From the NCBI GenBank assembly GCA_963711835.1, contig CAVQFQ010000006.1, positions 1 through 64,000 on the forward strand: a DNA stretch of 64,000 nucleotides. The letters run 5' to 3'. Numbering within the stretch: position 1 is the stretch's first letter; each line of letters starts with the position of its first letter. Of the stretch, positions 1-10,312 are shown in pieces. Both the position numbers and the translations under genes were made by a program. The notes under the pieces were generated by a model that saw only the letters and a list, made by a program, of their open reading frames with translations, searched no databases and was not told where the DNA came from. The stretch comes from an uncultured delta proteobacterium. Lineage in GTDB: Bacteria > Desulfobacterota > RBG-13-43-22.

Positions 1-11
1 TTCAAAGAAAA

Positions 12-27
12 GTAGGGTCAGACTCGA
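12..27. repeat. Left arm of a 16-bp perfect inverted repeat (GTAGGGTCAGACTCGA) flanking a RAYT transposase
   Basis: Exact reverse complement TCGAGTCTGACCCTAC at 783-798; begins with GTAG, as do REP-type elements. Confidence 0.85.
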
Positions 28-73
28 CTTTTGGCCGATACCGCGATCCGGTGGGGCGCCATCGCTTCATCGC

Positions 74-782
74 ATGGCCCGCCTGCCGCGCTTCTTCGTA
101 CCCGGCCTCCCGCTGCATGTCATTCAGCGCGGCAATGATCGCGCACCCATTTTCGGCGTGCCAGGCGATCTGGCTTTCTTTGGCGAGTGCGTAGAGCCCG
201 CAGCACACAGAACATGGCGTGGCAATCCACGCTTATGTATTCATGACAAACCACGTGCACCTGTTGGCCACGCCCGGAGCTCCGCCACCGGCCATCTCCC
301 CAAGATGATGCAGGCGATCGGACGCGTCTATGTGCAGTACTTCAATTCCCTGTATCACCGCACCGGAACATTGGGAAAGTAGCTACAAGGCCGCGATTGT
401 CGACGACGAGCACTCTGCTCACCTGCATGCGCTACATCGAACAGAATCCGGTGCGCGCCTCGATGGTCGCAACTCCGGCCGAGCATCAGGTGGTCGAGCT
501 CCGGGCGAACGCTTGCGGAGCGAGCGACGAACTGATCGAGCCGCACACCGTCTATTGCCGGCTCGGCCATTCGCGGGAGGCCCGTCAGGTCCGCCTATCG
601 CGAGCTCTTCCGCGCGGAAGCGGATCGCGGAAGCGGACCTGTGCACGATCCGGGACGCAACGCAGAATGCGTGGGCGGTGGGCGGCGAAGTGTTCTGCAG
701 AGAGATCGAGGCGTTGAGCCGCCGCGCCGCGCGAGCGCCGATGGGCCGGCCGCGCCGGGAGCGGGCGCGGCCGGACAATAGT
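74..782 (+). pseudogene. REP-associated tyrosine (Y1/HUH) transposase, frameshifted
   Basis: MARLPRFFVPGLPLHVIQRGNDR N-terminus, YVQYFNSLYHRTGTL, and in another frame CMRYIEQNPVRASMV; split over several frames. Confidence 0.8.
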
Positions 783-798
783 TCGAGTCTGACCCTAC
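783..798. repeat. Right arm of the 16-bp inverted repeat
   Basis: Reverse complement of 12-27. Confidence 0.85.
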
Positions 799-858
799 AT
801 TTCTCGCGCAGCGTTGGGGGAGTGCGACATGCCCGGTGCGAGGGGTCGTAAAGCGCGA

Positions 859-1110
859 TTATGCGCGCTCCCCAAGCGTGGCCCGCCGCGATCGGTCGGA
901 CAAATAGGATCTGACGCTACTTAGGGGATGCCCTCGGCGCTCATTCTTGTTGTTTCCGTCCTTGCCGAATTCGATCCCGGTGAAGTATTGGCGCAGCGGG
1001 CACAGCGCCGCATCCGTGCACGCGTGCTCGCGCGCGCATTGGCGCTGCGTCTGGTCGAGCAGCACGTATTGTCTGCACACCTTGCAGAATTCGAACGGGG
1101 AATCGAACAT
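859..1110 (-). CDS. Small Cys-rich hypothetical protein (83 aa)
   Basis: MFDSPFEFCKVCRQYVLLDQTQRQCAREHAC...CPL; purine-rich SD (AGGAGGGGGAG) just upstream of the ATG at 1110. Confidence 0.55.
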   Translation of the reverse strand: MFDSPFEFCKVCRQYVLLDQTQRQCAREHACTDAALCPLRQYFTGIEFGKDGNNKNERRGHPLSSVRSYLSDRSRRATLGERA

Positions 1111-1275
1111 GCTCCCCCTCCTAACTGTCGCCGTGCGACCACCGTCCGCTTCGAGGCGATGCGCCCTCGGAATCGAAGATCGCCGCCACCCGCTCAGTGT
1201 AGTCGCGATCGGCCAGCCCGAAAAGGCGCTCAGCTCCTGCCGAACACCTCGTTGCCCTGCTGCTGCGCGACGCGG

Positions 1276-1609
1276 ATATAGCTTTCCCGCCAAGAGCCAA
1301 AACGAGCTGGTCATAAAATATGGTTTCGTGATTGAGGGTGATGAACTTGTTGGCTGGCTCAATTGAACCAACCATCGCCCCGGTTATCACCTCAAGCCGT
1401 TTGTCTTCGAAGTCATACTCACCGGAAAGAAAAACCTTGTCACGGGGGATCCCTCCCCCGAGGTAGTGGGGTAGGACACAAGGCGAATAGAGGGAGGACA
1501 TCTCGTGGGTTATTAACAAAACTTTGCTATCGGTCGACGCAGCCAGGGCCGCCTGACAAGCGCTATAGCCTGCGATTCCTCCCCCAACAATAACCAACCG
1601 CAATGCCAT
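1276..1609 (-). pseudogene. FAD/NAD(P)-dependent oxidoreductase (AorC/NADH oxidase-like), N-terminal part only
   Basis: LVIVGGGIAG Rossmann motif, YSPCVLP, YDQLVLALG; similarity ends abruptly near 1275 where composition changes. Confidence 0.75.
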
Positions 1610-1696
1610 CCCTTCCAGTTTTAAATAAGTTATCGGGCCGAAAAACAGAGAAGAATATCAGGGACTGTCGCCCGAATCCTTCATGACTACCAAAAA

Positions 1697-3688
1697 TTAG
1701 AGTATGAGACCAGCGCCAAGATCCTCGATTTTGAGTTCTTGAAGTTTTTTCGGGGTTGGAAGGCCGGTATTTGACCATCCTCGCAAGCGATAATATTCAT
1801 CAAGCAAATTTTCCCAAGGGACGACTTTCCCCCGCCAAATTCCCCGCCCAGCCGGTTCGTAAGCCCGTTGATCAGCCCAGCGGTCATGGTTTCTGTCCCA
1901 CCCTTGGAGACGGTAATTGAAGAGACACTGGGCATTAAAAATTCGTTCGCCGGTCAACATTAATTCCTCATAAGTGGTATTCCATCCGGTAATATGGTTA
2001 AGAATCTCGGCGAACACGGTGGGACCAATACCAACCAGGAGATATTGACCGGTGACAGCAAACATACAAGTAACTAAGGAGTTGAAGAGGCAGACAAGAT
2101 TTTCTGACCAAACTCCAACTCGGGCCTTTCCCTGGGTTCCTCTGATCCAATCAATATTGACTTCCGGGGTTTCCCCAAACATCTGCGTCTTCAACTCGGG
2201 AGGCAGGTCGACCCGGTCGATGAGGATTTTGTAAATCTCGCCACAGGTTTTCCCGACAAAATTCGGATAGGTATCCCTTCTCTCCGGGAGAAATGATAAC
2301 TCCCAGACATTGTGAGTTCGGAGCCAATCCCCCCCTCGTGGACTTGTCAAGAAACCCAGAGCCCAAACCAATGCCTGGAGGTTTGGTTCCTTAAGGAGGT
2401 AGGGTTTGCCTTTGACCGTGGGACAAATCTTTTCAGCCCCCTTACCAATCCGTCGACTTGCTTGGGCAACCCCATCGGCCAAGAGATTTCCCAAGTTTCC
2501 TTCGCGGAAGGCTATCCGCCGCATGACCTCCCAAATGAGATCCTCGTCACCAAAGTGGAGGATTAACCCATCGGTGTCTTCTTGGCTTAGAATTCCCTGT
2601 TCAAAACATTCGACAGCCCAGTTAAAGGCTTGACTGAACGAGGCCGGATCTAGCCCGAGTTCCTGAATAATTCGTTCATAATAGATAATTGAGTTTATAT
2701 CCTTAAGCTGCAAGTTTTCCAAGGCCGAGAAGAAAAAGGTCATGTGGCCCCCGAGTTGCCTCAGTCCAGTGTGAGGCCCTTCTTTTACCTGGAGCCAATG
2801 GTAACATCTCCCCGGACAATTAAGACACCCAATGTTTTTGAGATGCGGGAAATCCGCAGCCAGGGCATTATCCCGGATCATCTTCCCGTTTACCGGGGCA
2901 CCAACCATGGTCAAAAGATATGTCGTTGCCCCATATTCTTCCCAAAGTTTGATGAGGGGATCGGAGGTATAGGTATTAATTGCCCGTTGGGAAGCCTCCA
3001 ATAAGCCCTTGGGGTTATATAGCGAAATCTCGCCAGTCCCGCGGATCGCCAGAGCCTTGAGCTTTTTCGATCCCATGACGGCCCCGGCTCCAGTTCTCCC
3101 GGGGGAGGAGGTGGCGTCAGCACACGGGGGGGAATAAGGGACAAGGTTTTCCCCCGCGATTGAGGTGGTTAAGACCCGGATTTCGCCTTCATAATTTTCT
3201 TCGAGTTCCTCGCGTATGGCTTTTACCGTTTCCCCCGTTGCCTTTCCCCAGAGGTGGGCGGCATTCCTAAACGTTACTATCTGGTCGTCGACAAATACAT
3301 ATTTCGGAGTTTTTAACTGGCCGCGAATGATTATCAGATCAAATCCAGCATATTTGATCGCTCCGGGATACATCCACCCAAAGGATCCCGAACCGAATCC
3401 CCCGGTTTCGGGACTGATGCAACCCAACATGGCTCGTCCTCCCCACGGAGCAGCGGTCCCGGTCCAGGGGCCGGTGGCGATAATTATCTCATTGTCAGGT
3501 CCGAGGGGATTAATGGGTTCGGGATAATCTTTCCAGAGAATTTTTGTGATCACCCCGTCACCCCCGAGCCAGAGCCGTGGGTCAATCCCATAATCCTCAA
3601 AGAAATCCCCGGTTGATCGAATTTCGACCTTTTCTTCGGTGAGATTGATAACTAAGGTGTTGCCCGCATAGCCAGGAGGAAGCCGCAT
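1697..3688 (-). CDS. Tungsten aldehyde:ferredoxin oxidoreductase (WOR/AOR family) catalytic subunit, divergent
   Basis: ISPETGG, GRTGAGAVMGSKKLKA, CLNCPGRC, ELGLD, GERIFN and YYRLRGW motifs; 663 aa. Confidence 0.9.
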   Translation of the reverse strand: MRLPPGYAGNTLVINLTEEKVEIRSTGDFFEDYGIDPRLWLGGDGVITKILWKDYPEPINPLGPDNEIIIATGPWTGTAAPWGGRAMLGCISPETGGFGSGSFGWMYPGAIKYAGFDLIIIRGQLKTPKYVFVDDQIVTFRNAAHLWGKATGETVKAIREELEENYEGEIRVLTTSIAGENLVPYSPPCADATSSPGRTGAGAVMGSKKLKALAIRGTGEISLYNPKGLLEASQRAINTYTSDPLIKLWEEYGATTYLLTMVGAPVNGKMIRDNALAADFPHLKNIGCLNCPGRCYHWLQVKEGPHTGLRQLGGHMTFFFSALENLQLKDINSIIYYERIIQELGLDPASFSQAFNWAVECFEQGILSQEDTDGLILHFGDEDLIWEVMRRIAFREGNLGNLLADGVAQASRRIGKGAEKICPTVKGKPYLLKEPNLQALVWALGFLTSPRGGDWLRTHNVWELSFLPERRDTYPNFVGKTCGEIYKILIDRVDLPPELKTQMFGETPEVNIDWIRGTQGKARVGVWSENLVCLFNSLVTCMFAVTGQYLLVGIGPTVFAEILNHITGWNTTYEELMLTGERIFNAQCLFNYRLQGWDRNHDRWADQRAYEPAGRGIWRGKVVPWENLLDEYYRLRGWSNTGLPTPKKLQELKIEDLGAGLIL

Positions 3689-3706
3689 TGAATTTCTCCG
3701 CCAAAA

Positions 3707-4225
3707 TTATTGAAGTTTTTGGTCGATAAGCCCGTCGATTATTTTCTTTGAGGTTGCCATCTTTTTGGGGAGGTTAGCTTGGTCGACCGGCAAAAACCGC
3801 AAGGCCCGGGGTTGGCAAAACTGGACACATTGGGGATCACCCGCGCAAAGCTCGCATTTATATACTTTATTTGCTTCCTGATTAAATGAAATTGCCCCAA
3901 AATAGCAGGTCATGAGACACATCCGGCACCCGACGCATTTATCCTGGTCAATGACCATTGCCCCGGTTGTATGATTCCGGCTAATTGCTGCTACCGGGCA
4001 AACAAGCGAACAGATAGGGTCTTCGCATTGCTGACATCCGATAACCGTAAACACGAGTTCATCCGCTTCATCTATTTTAGTGATGGCATGGCCTTCATGA
4101 CGAATAACCTGAAGCCGAGCTTTGGAGAGACTAGTTCGGCCTTCATGATAAGTCGTACAGGTTGTCATACAATGCATGCATCCCGTACATAAATGAGGAT
4201 CAAAAACCAGAATTTTTCGCGCCAT
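3707..4225 (-). CDS. Multi-[4Fe-4S] electron transfer subunit (AorA/HycB-like)
   Basis: CTGCMHCMTTC, CQQCEDPICSLVCP, CVGCRMCLMTC, KCELCAGDPQCVQFC. Confidence 0.9.
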   Translation of the reverse strand: MARKILVFDPHLCTGCMHCMTTCTTYHEGRTSLSKARLQVIRHEGHAITKIDEADELVFTVIGCQQCEDPICSLVCPVAAISRNHTTGAMVIDQDKCVGCRMCLMTCYFGAISFNQEANKVYKCELCAGDPQCVQFCQPRALRFLPVDQANLPKKMATSKKIIDGLIDQKLQ

Positions 4226-4322
4226 AGGTCACTCCGGGCAAAATAAGTCGACTTTTTTATTATAAACATGATGGGCCGATTAACGAACAAGCCCCCTCGT
4301 TAATCTAAGACGATCCTTAAAA

Positions 4323-5666
4323 CTATGCCACTCCCCGAGTCTTCTTTCTACGATCCCTTATTCTTTTGGCCTTTCCCTCGGTTTTCGGAAGAGTTCCTTC
4401 AGGAAGGACTTCTATTTTGGGATTCACTCCCTCAATAGCATCCTGAACTTTTGAGGCCACCCGATTATTCAGCTCAACATAATTCTCCTTTGGAAATTCC
4501 AACTTCGCTTCACAACGAATCGTTAAGGTCTGCGTAAACCCCTCTTCATCTAAAATAATTTCATACTCGTTTCCCAACTCCATAAAACTTCTTACCACAT
4601 TCTCAATCGCTGAGGGGAAAATATTGATTCCTTTATACCAGATCATGTCGTCCGCTCGGCCTTCCACTCCGTTCACAATTCGGGTACAGGTGGCACCGCA
4701 TCCCGGGCAGGAACCAAATTCGGCAAGTCTACCGATGTCGTTCGATCGATATCGCAGGATGGGTTGGGAATCTCCAAAAATATTCGTATAGACCAGTTCC
4801 CCCCTCTCACCTGCATTTAAAGACCGACTACCCCCTATCTCTACCACTTCCACGATGAGGTAGTCGTCCCAGGCATGAAGCTGGGAACTTCCCTGACAGC
4901 TTCTCCCGAGAACACACATTTCCGTTGAACCATATCGGTCAAATACCTCCTTCGCACCCCAAGCCTTCTTTATCCGCTCCCTCGTCGCTGGAATCGTTGC
5001 TGCCGGCTCACCGACAGATTCCACTATCCTCACGGAATTCATTTCTGAGAAAATCATCCCTATCTCCTTCGCCTTGTCGGCAAGATATAATAAAAATGAG
5101 CCTGTCGAACTGACAAGGGTAGGTTTCAATTGGTGAATAAGGCTAATTTTCTCCGGGGTACTATAACGGCCCAGCCGGACAACCATGGCGCCCATTAACA
5201 TCCGGGCGGCGGCTCCGGCAAAGGGGCCCATCAATCCGTCCGTTGGGCCCAAAACCACTACCACCTCGCCAGGATTGAGAGGTGTATATACGGCCATCCT
5301 TCCCGTATACAGATCCCAGTCCCTTTTGCTGTAGGCCCGGTTAAGCGGCTTGCCTGTTGTGCCTGACGTGGCGAAAAACTGATATAATTTAGAATGATGG
5401 ACCGCTAAGTAACTCCCGTAAGGAGGGTTTTTCTCCTGATCATCCTGTAATTCTTGCTTTGTTGTGAAAGGTATTTTCCCCAGATCGTCTAATCCCTTGA
5501 TATCGTCTGGGGTGATGCCAGCATTCTTAAGCTTCTTTCGATAAAAAGATGTATTTTCATAAACGTGGCGGACCTGAGCTTTGAGCCTCTCACCCTGTAG
5601 CGCCCTCCTTTCTTCCAATGTCATATAATCAAACCGAGGTGGACAACATGCATATTCAGGTAACAT
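4323..5666 (-). CDS. Phenylacetate-CoA ligase (PaaK) family acyl-CoA ligase
   Basis: PFTTKQEL, TSGTTGKP, YGSTE, GRADDMI, GKAKRI; start at 5666 (MLPEY) after a GGGGAGG SD. Confidence 0.85.
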   Translation of the reverse strand: MLPEYACCPPRFDYMTLEERRALQGERLKAQVRHVYENTSFYRKKLKNAGITPDDIKGLDDLGKIPFTTKQELQDDQEKNPPYGSYLAVHHSKLYQFFATSGTTGKPLNRAYSKRDWDLYTGRMAVYTPLNPGEVVVVLGPTDGLMGPFAGAAARMLMGAMVVRLGRYSTPEKISLIHQLKPTLVSSTGSFLLYLADKAKEIGMIFSEMNSVRIVESVGEPAATIPATRERIKKAWGAKEVFDRYGSTEMCVLGRSCQGSSQLHAWDDYLIVEVVEIGGSRSLNAGERGELVYTNIFGDSQPILRYRSNDIGRLAEFGSCPGCGATCTRIVNGVEGRADDMIWYKGINIFPSAIENVVRSFMELGNEYEIILDEEGFTQTLTIRCEAKLEFPKENYVELNNRVASKVQDAIEGVNPKIEVLPEGTLPKTEGKAKRIRDRRKKTRGVA

Positions 5667-7593
5667 TCTGCCTCCCCCCCTTTTTAATTTTATAGGATCC
5701 AACCCAGTTGCGGATTTTCCCTGTAGCCTCAACTAACCCACCGGGCAAAGACAAAACGGTTATAATAAAAAGAATAGCAAAGATAGGGACACTAAACCGA
5801 CCAATTGTGACCGCAAACAATTCCTTGAGGGCGACATAACCGATTGCCCCCAAAATAGGCCCAATAATAGTTCCCGCCCCTCCAATGATTACGATCAGGA
5901 CTGGTTCAAAACTCCAGATCAACTCGAAGGGGACAAAGTAGTAATAGACAGCGGAATAAAAACCGTAGACACCTCCGGCCAAGCCAGCGAAAAAAGTACT
6001 GACAGCGAGGGCAATGACTTTGCATTTAAATGTATTAACCCCTGTAGCGGCTGCTGCTGCTTCATCTTCCTTGACAGCAATCATTCCAAGACCAAGCCTT
6101 GAGTTCACTATAAGGCAAGCTGCTCCTATCGTGACCAGCATCACTACAAGTGCGACATAATAACGGGGTGTGAGGGTAAAAGAGGCAAGATATTTAGCCG
6201 GGAGGAAACTTACCCCTGGAAAGACATTGTGAACAATCACTCCCGTAATAATAGCCAATCCCAGGGTGCCGATGGCAAAGTAGACACCTCTCAGTCTGAG
6301 ACTGGGAAGGCCGATTAGTACCGCCAAAACTGCAGCAGAAACACCTCCAGCTAACAGAGCCAAAAAAATGGGCACTCCCGACATCCAGAGTAAACGAGTC
6401 GATAAGGCGCCTATCCCAAAAAATGCAGATTGCCCAATACTAATCTGACCTGTGTAACCGCCTAAAATGTTCCAACTTTGAGTAATGGAGATGTAAAGGA
6501 AAAGCAAAATAAAGAAGTTTATAAGATAGTCCGACTTAATGACTAAAGGCAGCAAACAACTTGCCGCGATCAAAATTCCAATGATGAAGAACCTCTTATT
6601 AGTGATTGCCTTTTTGAGTATATTGGAAGAAAATCCTTCTGAAATGGAGATTTTCTGGCTAAAGGCATAGCTGGCGGAAGGAAGATTCTCAGCCGAACTG
6701 CTTGCGCCTCCTCCTTTCCTCGTAAATAATCCATGTGGTCTGAACATCAGAAGTAATATGAACAGGACAAGGCCAACAACCTGTTGATAGGAAGCACCTA
6801 TAAAGTAGACACTGACTGCCTCAATAACCCCCAGAACCAAACCGGCTGCAAATACGCCCCCAATCCGTCCCAGGCCAGCTAAGGTGATGACGATCAGTGC
6901 CTTGATAGACCATCCCTCTGAAATCGCTGGGCTGAAAGCATAGCTAACGGAGAGTATGCTACCCGCCGCACCCGCTAAAGCGATGCCGATAGCAAAAGAG
7001 AAAAAATAAGTCTGTTCAATATTAATTCCTACGGTTAGGGCCGACTCCCAGTCCTGAGAAGCGGCCCTTATGGATTTGCCAAAGTAAGTTTTATTTAAAA
7101 AGAGATATAAGGCAAATATGAGTAACATCGTCAGGACTAATCCGAATAGTCCTACATAAGGAATCCGCAATCCCAAAAAACTAAAAGTCAATCCCGAGTA
7201 AATGGTGGTGATGTTTCTTTCGTCCGGGCTCCAGATTATGGTCGCGAGGCTTTCTAAAACAAGCATCAAACCAAAACTGATCAGTAAAGAGTTGTCAATC
7301 CTTATCCCCACAGGATACCTGGCCAGACTGGAAAACATCAGTTTATACAGAAGCATGCCGATGATAAAAAGAAAAAACATTACCATAGGGATGGAGAGTA
7401 GGGGGTCTATGTGATAAAGAGAGAACAGGGAAAAAGCTAAATAAGTACCAAACATGAGCAAAGCGCCATGGGCAACATTGAGATATCTCATCACGCCAAA
7501 AACTAACGAAAGCCCCGTGGCCGCTAATCCGTATAATGCACCGACGAGAATACCGTAAATAAAACTTTGACCAAGCGACTCGATAAAGGACAT
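5656..7593 (-). CDS. Branched-chain amino acid-type ABC permease, LivH-LivM fusion
   Basis: GLSLVFGVMRYLNVAHG (LivH-like) and WNILGGYTGQISIG, LRLRGVYFAIGTL (LivM-like) in one 645-aa ORF. Confidence 0.88.
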   Translation of the reverse strand: MSFIESLGQSFIYGILVGALYGLAATGLSLVFGVMRYLNVAHGALLMFGTYLAFSLFSLYHIDPLLSIPMVMFFLFIIGMLLYKLMFSSLARYPVGIRIDNSLLISFGLMLVLESLATIIWSPDERNITTIYSGLTFSFLGLRIPYVGLFGLVLTMLLIFALYLFLNKTYFGKSIRAASQDWESALTVGINIEQTYFFSFAIGIALAGAAGSILSVSYAFSPAISEGWSIKALIVITLAGLGRIGGVFAAGLVLGVIEAVSVYFIGASYQQVVGLVLFILLLMFRPHGLFTRKGGGASSSAENLPSASYAFSQKISISEGFSSNILKKAITNKRFFIIGILIAASCLLPLVIKSDYLINFFILLFLYISITQSWNILGGYTGQISIGQSAFFGIGALSTRLLWMSGVPIFLALLAGGVSAAVLAVLIGLPSLRLRGVYFAIGTLGLAIITGVIVHNVFPGVSFLPAKYLASFTLTPRYYVALVVMLVTIGAACLIVNSRLGLGMIAVKEDEAAAAATGVNTFKCKVIALAVSTFFAGLAGGVYGFYSAVYYYFVPFELIWSFEPVLIVIIGGAGTIIGPILGAIGYVALKELFAVTIGRFSVPIFAILFIITVLSLPGGLVEATGKIRNWVGSYKIKKGGRQNVT

Positions 7594-8322
7594 TTATCCT
7601 TCCATTTCCATTAATCCAAAGCCTAAATAAGACTCCTTAACGTTATCACTGCTTAAAAGTAAACTAGCTTCACCATGCCCTACGATAGAGCCGGTCTCAA
7701 TAATATAACCACTGTCTGCAACCTCTAAGGCCAATCGGACATTCTGTTCTACAAGCAATATTGCTATTTGCTTTAATCGATTTATTTCTTTAACAACGTC
7801 ATAGATATGACTCACAAGAATAGGCGCTAAGCCCAAAGAAACTTCATCCATAAGTAGGAGTTTCGGCTGGGACATTAAGGCTCTACCGATGGCCAGCATT
7901 TGCTGCTCCCCCCCGCTTAGAGTCCCAGCCGTCTGATTCCTCCTGTCCTTAAGTCTCGGGAAGATTTCATAAACCCATGCGGTCATTTCACTTTTCTTTT
8001 TTCTGGCTTTTGCATTGAAGGCCCCCATTTCCAGATTTTCCAAGACACTCATTTCAGAAAACAATCGCCTCCCCTCATGCACCAGGCAGATACCCTGTTG
8101 GACGATCTGATGGGCCGGTGTCTTATCTAATTGCAAACCGTTGAACCGTATACTCCCACGGGTAATCCGCAGCAATCCACATATCGTCTTGAGCAGAGTA
8201 CTTTTTCCTGCACCGTTAGAACCAACTAATGCTGCAATTTCTCCGTCCCGTATGGTCAGCGTAACATTCCAAAGGGCTTGAAGATCTCCGTAAAAAACGT
8301 CTATCTGATCAATCTCAAGCAT
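7594..8322 (-). CDS. livF: LIV-type ABC ATP-binding protein
   Basis: GSNGAGKST, LSGGEQQMLAIGRAL, LLVEQN. Confidence 0.88.
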   Translation of the reverse strand: MLEIDQIDVFYGDLQALWNVTLTIRDGEIAALVGSNGAGKSTLLKTICGLLRITRGSIRFNGLQLDKTPAHQIVQQGICLVHEGRRLFSEMSVLENLEMGAFNAKARKKKSEMTAWVYEIFPRLKDRRNQTAGTLSGGEQQMLAIGRALMSQPKLLLMDEVSLGLAPILVSHIYDVVKEINRLKQIAILLVEQNVRLALEVADSGYIIETGSIVGHGEASLLLSSDNVKESYLGFGLMEMEG

Positions 8323-9046
8323 ACGATTCTTTCCCTAAATATGCCTCAATAACTCCCTTGTCCTTCAATATCTCTCGAGGTGCCCCATCGGCTATTTTCC
8401 CCCCTGCATTTAGCACCATTATCCTGTCCGAAATTCTTAATACTGCCCTCATGACATGTTCCACCACCATCAGAGTTATCCCAGAATCTCTGATATTCTT
8501 TATAATTTTGATGGCCTCCTCAGTTTCTGTCAAGTTCAATCCGGCCATCATCTCATCGATCAACAGCAGTTTTGGCCTTGTGGCAAGGGCCTTGGCCAAC
8601 TCCAGCCTTTTACGGTCTGATAACGTAAGGCCATGAGCAACCTTGAACTTTTTCATTCCCAGACCAATCGATTCGAGAATCTCCTCCGATTCTACCCGGG
8701 CCTCCTTTAACCTTTTGGCTGGTTTGCTTCCATACATTCTGCCCACCATTACGTTCTGTAAGGCTGTCATGTGGGCAAAGGGCTTCACCAGTTGAAAAGT
8801 CCGAGCTATCCCAACTTGGCATACATGATAGCTCTGGGCGTTCGTGATATCTTTTCCCTCAAAGAGAATTTTGCCTCGATCTGCTTTCAGAAATCCCGCA
8901 ATCAAGTTAAAGAGCGTCGTCTTCCCGGAGCCATTTGGGCCGATGAGTCCTAATATCTCCCCTTGATGTAGCTCGAAGTCTACATTGAGTAATACTTGCA
9001 ACCCACCAAATGATTTGGATAGGGTTTCCGCCTTGAGGAAAGTCAT
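8315..9046 (-). CDS. livG: LIV-type ABC ATP-binding protein
   Basis: GPNGSGKTT, GIARTFQ, VEHVM. Confidence 0.88.
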   Translation of the reverse strand: MTFLKAETLSKSFGGLQVLLNVDFELHQGEILGLIGPNGSGKTTLFNLIAGFLKADRGKILFEGKDITNAQSYHVCQVGIARTFQLVKPFAHMTALQNVMVGRMYGSKPAKRLKEARVESEEILESIGLGMKKFKVAHGLTLSDRKRLELAKALATRPKLLLIDEMMAGLNLTETEEAIKIIKNIRDSGITLMVVEHVMRAVLRISDRIMVLNAGGKIADGAPREILKDKGVIEAYLGKESYA

Positions 9047-9079
9047 CTTATTCCGGTCCTTAGTGGATGTCCTGCAATG

Positions 9080-10312
9080 CTATTTTCTCTCGTTCCACTT
9101 TGGCATCAATAGAAGGGGTGACGATGTGAATTTTTCATGATAGATTACTTGCGATATTCCTTTTTGCCATTGCATAATAGCCACCGGAGTGATTCCGACG
9201 CCGTCAGCCCTGAACTTTACCGGACCTTGAACAGTGGTGATATCAGTAACGGCGACCGCATCCCTGATTTTATTACTATCCAATGTCCCAGCTCTTCTTA
9301 TTGCGTCAGCCAATATTTGCACGCAAGAGTAGGTAACCCCCACGGTGACAGCGGGCAGTTTATTATGCTTTGCCTGGTATGCCGCTACCAGTTCGGAGCA
9401 CCTGGGGTATTTGAAATTGTGGTCCCAATTACTGCAATACCCCACATAATCTCCATCTTGTTTCAGGTTCGCTGGCCACAGGGGGGTCCCGGCTGCGCGC
9501 CAAAAAATCACAACCTTAGGGTTGTAATCGAGCTCTTTTATTTGCCTCATGAGGGCAATCCCATCAGGTGGCGTAGGCACACCAATAACGATTTCAGCAT
9601 TGGCAGACTTCGCCGCGATGATAAGAGATGAGTAGTCTTTAGTGCCAACTGCATAGCTCTTCTCTGCTACGACTGTATAACCTCGCTTCTTTGCTATATC
9701 AGGCGTTAACCGTATCAATTCCTCGCCCCAATCTGTCTTCTCCGCAAAGATAGCTACTTTACTTGGCCTCTGCGCTTTGGGGATAGTGTCGATTGTTGCG
9801 AAGATCGCTTCAAGGCCAGTATCCGTTTTGACAAACGGAGAGAAGAGATATTTATATCCCTGCTGATGAGGGGCCAATAGAGAAAAAGATACGGCTAAGA
9901 TGGGCACTTTGTTTTTTTCCGCAATGCCGGCTGCCGCCGCACAGAGGGTGCTCCCATATGGTCCGAGATAAGCAACCACTTTATCTATGCTATGCATCTT
10001 TTCCAATCGGGCAACACATTTTGTAGAATCTGATTCGTCGTCTTCGATGATTAGCTCCAAGGGGATCTTTTTATTAAACTCTTTAACATAGACACCACCC
10101 TCTTTATTGATATCTTCTACCGCTTGCTCATAACCAAATTTAGATTCAAGTCCACCGCTTGCGAACCTTCCGGTAAAAGAAACCGCCCCCCCGATCTTAA
10201 TAGTTTTGGGTGGTGAGCTTGCCCCTGTATCCAAAACTGTGAGGGATACTAATGCTAACATCAGTAAAAAACAAAATACACTCAACCCTATAATTCTTAT
10301 TTTTCTTCTCAT
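9080..10312 (-). CDS. LivK/LivJ-family periplasmic substrate-binding protein
   Basis: Signal peptide, IKIGGAVSFTG, INKEGG, DDESD; first gene of the LIV cluster. Confidence 0.85.
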   Translation of the reverse strand: MRRKIRIIGLSVFCFLLMLALVSLTVLDTGASSPPKTIKIGGAVSFTGRFASGGLESKFGYEQAVEDINKEGGVYVKEFNKKIPLELIIEDDESDSTKCVARLEKMHSIDKVVAYLGPYGSTLCAAAAGIAEKNKVPILAVSFSLLAPHQQGYKYLFSPFVKTDTGLEAIFATIDTIPKAQRPSKVAIFAEKTDWGEELIRLTPDIAKKRGYTVVAEKSYAVGTKDYSSLIIAAKSANAEIVIGVPTPPDGIALMRQIKELDYNPKVVIFWRAAGTPLWPANLKQDGDYVGYCSNWDHNFKYPRCSELVAAYQAKHNKLPAVTVGVTYSCVQILADAIRRAGTLDSNKIRDAVAVTDITTVQGPVKFRADGVGITPVAIMQWQKGISQVIYHEKFTSSPLLLMPKWNERK

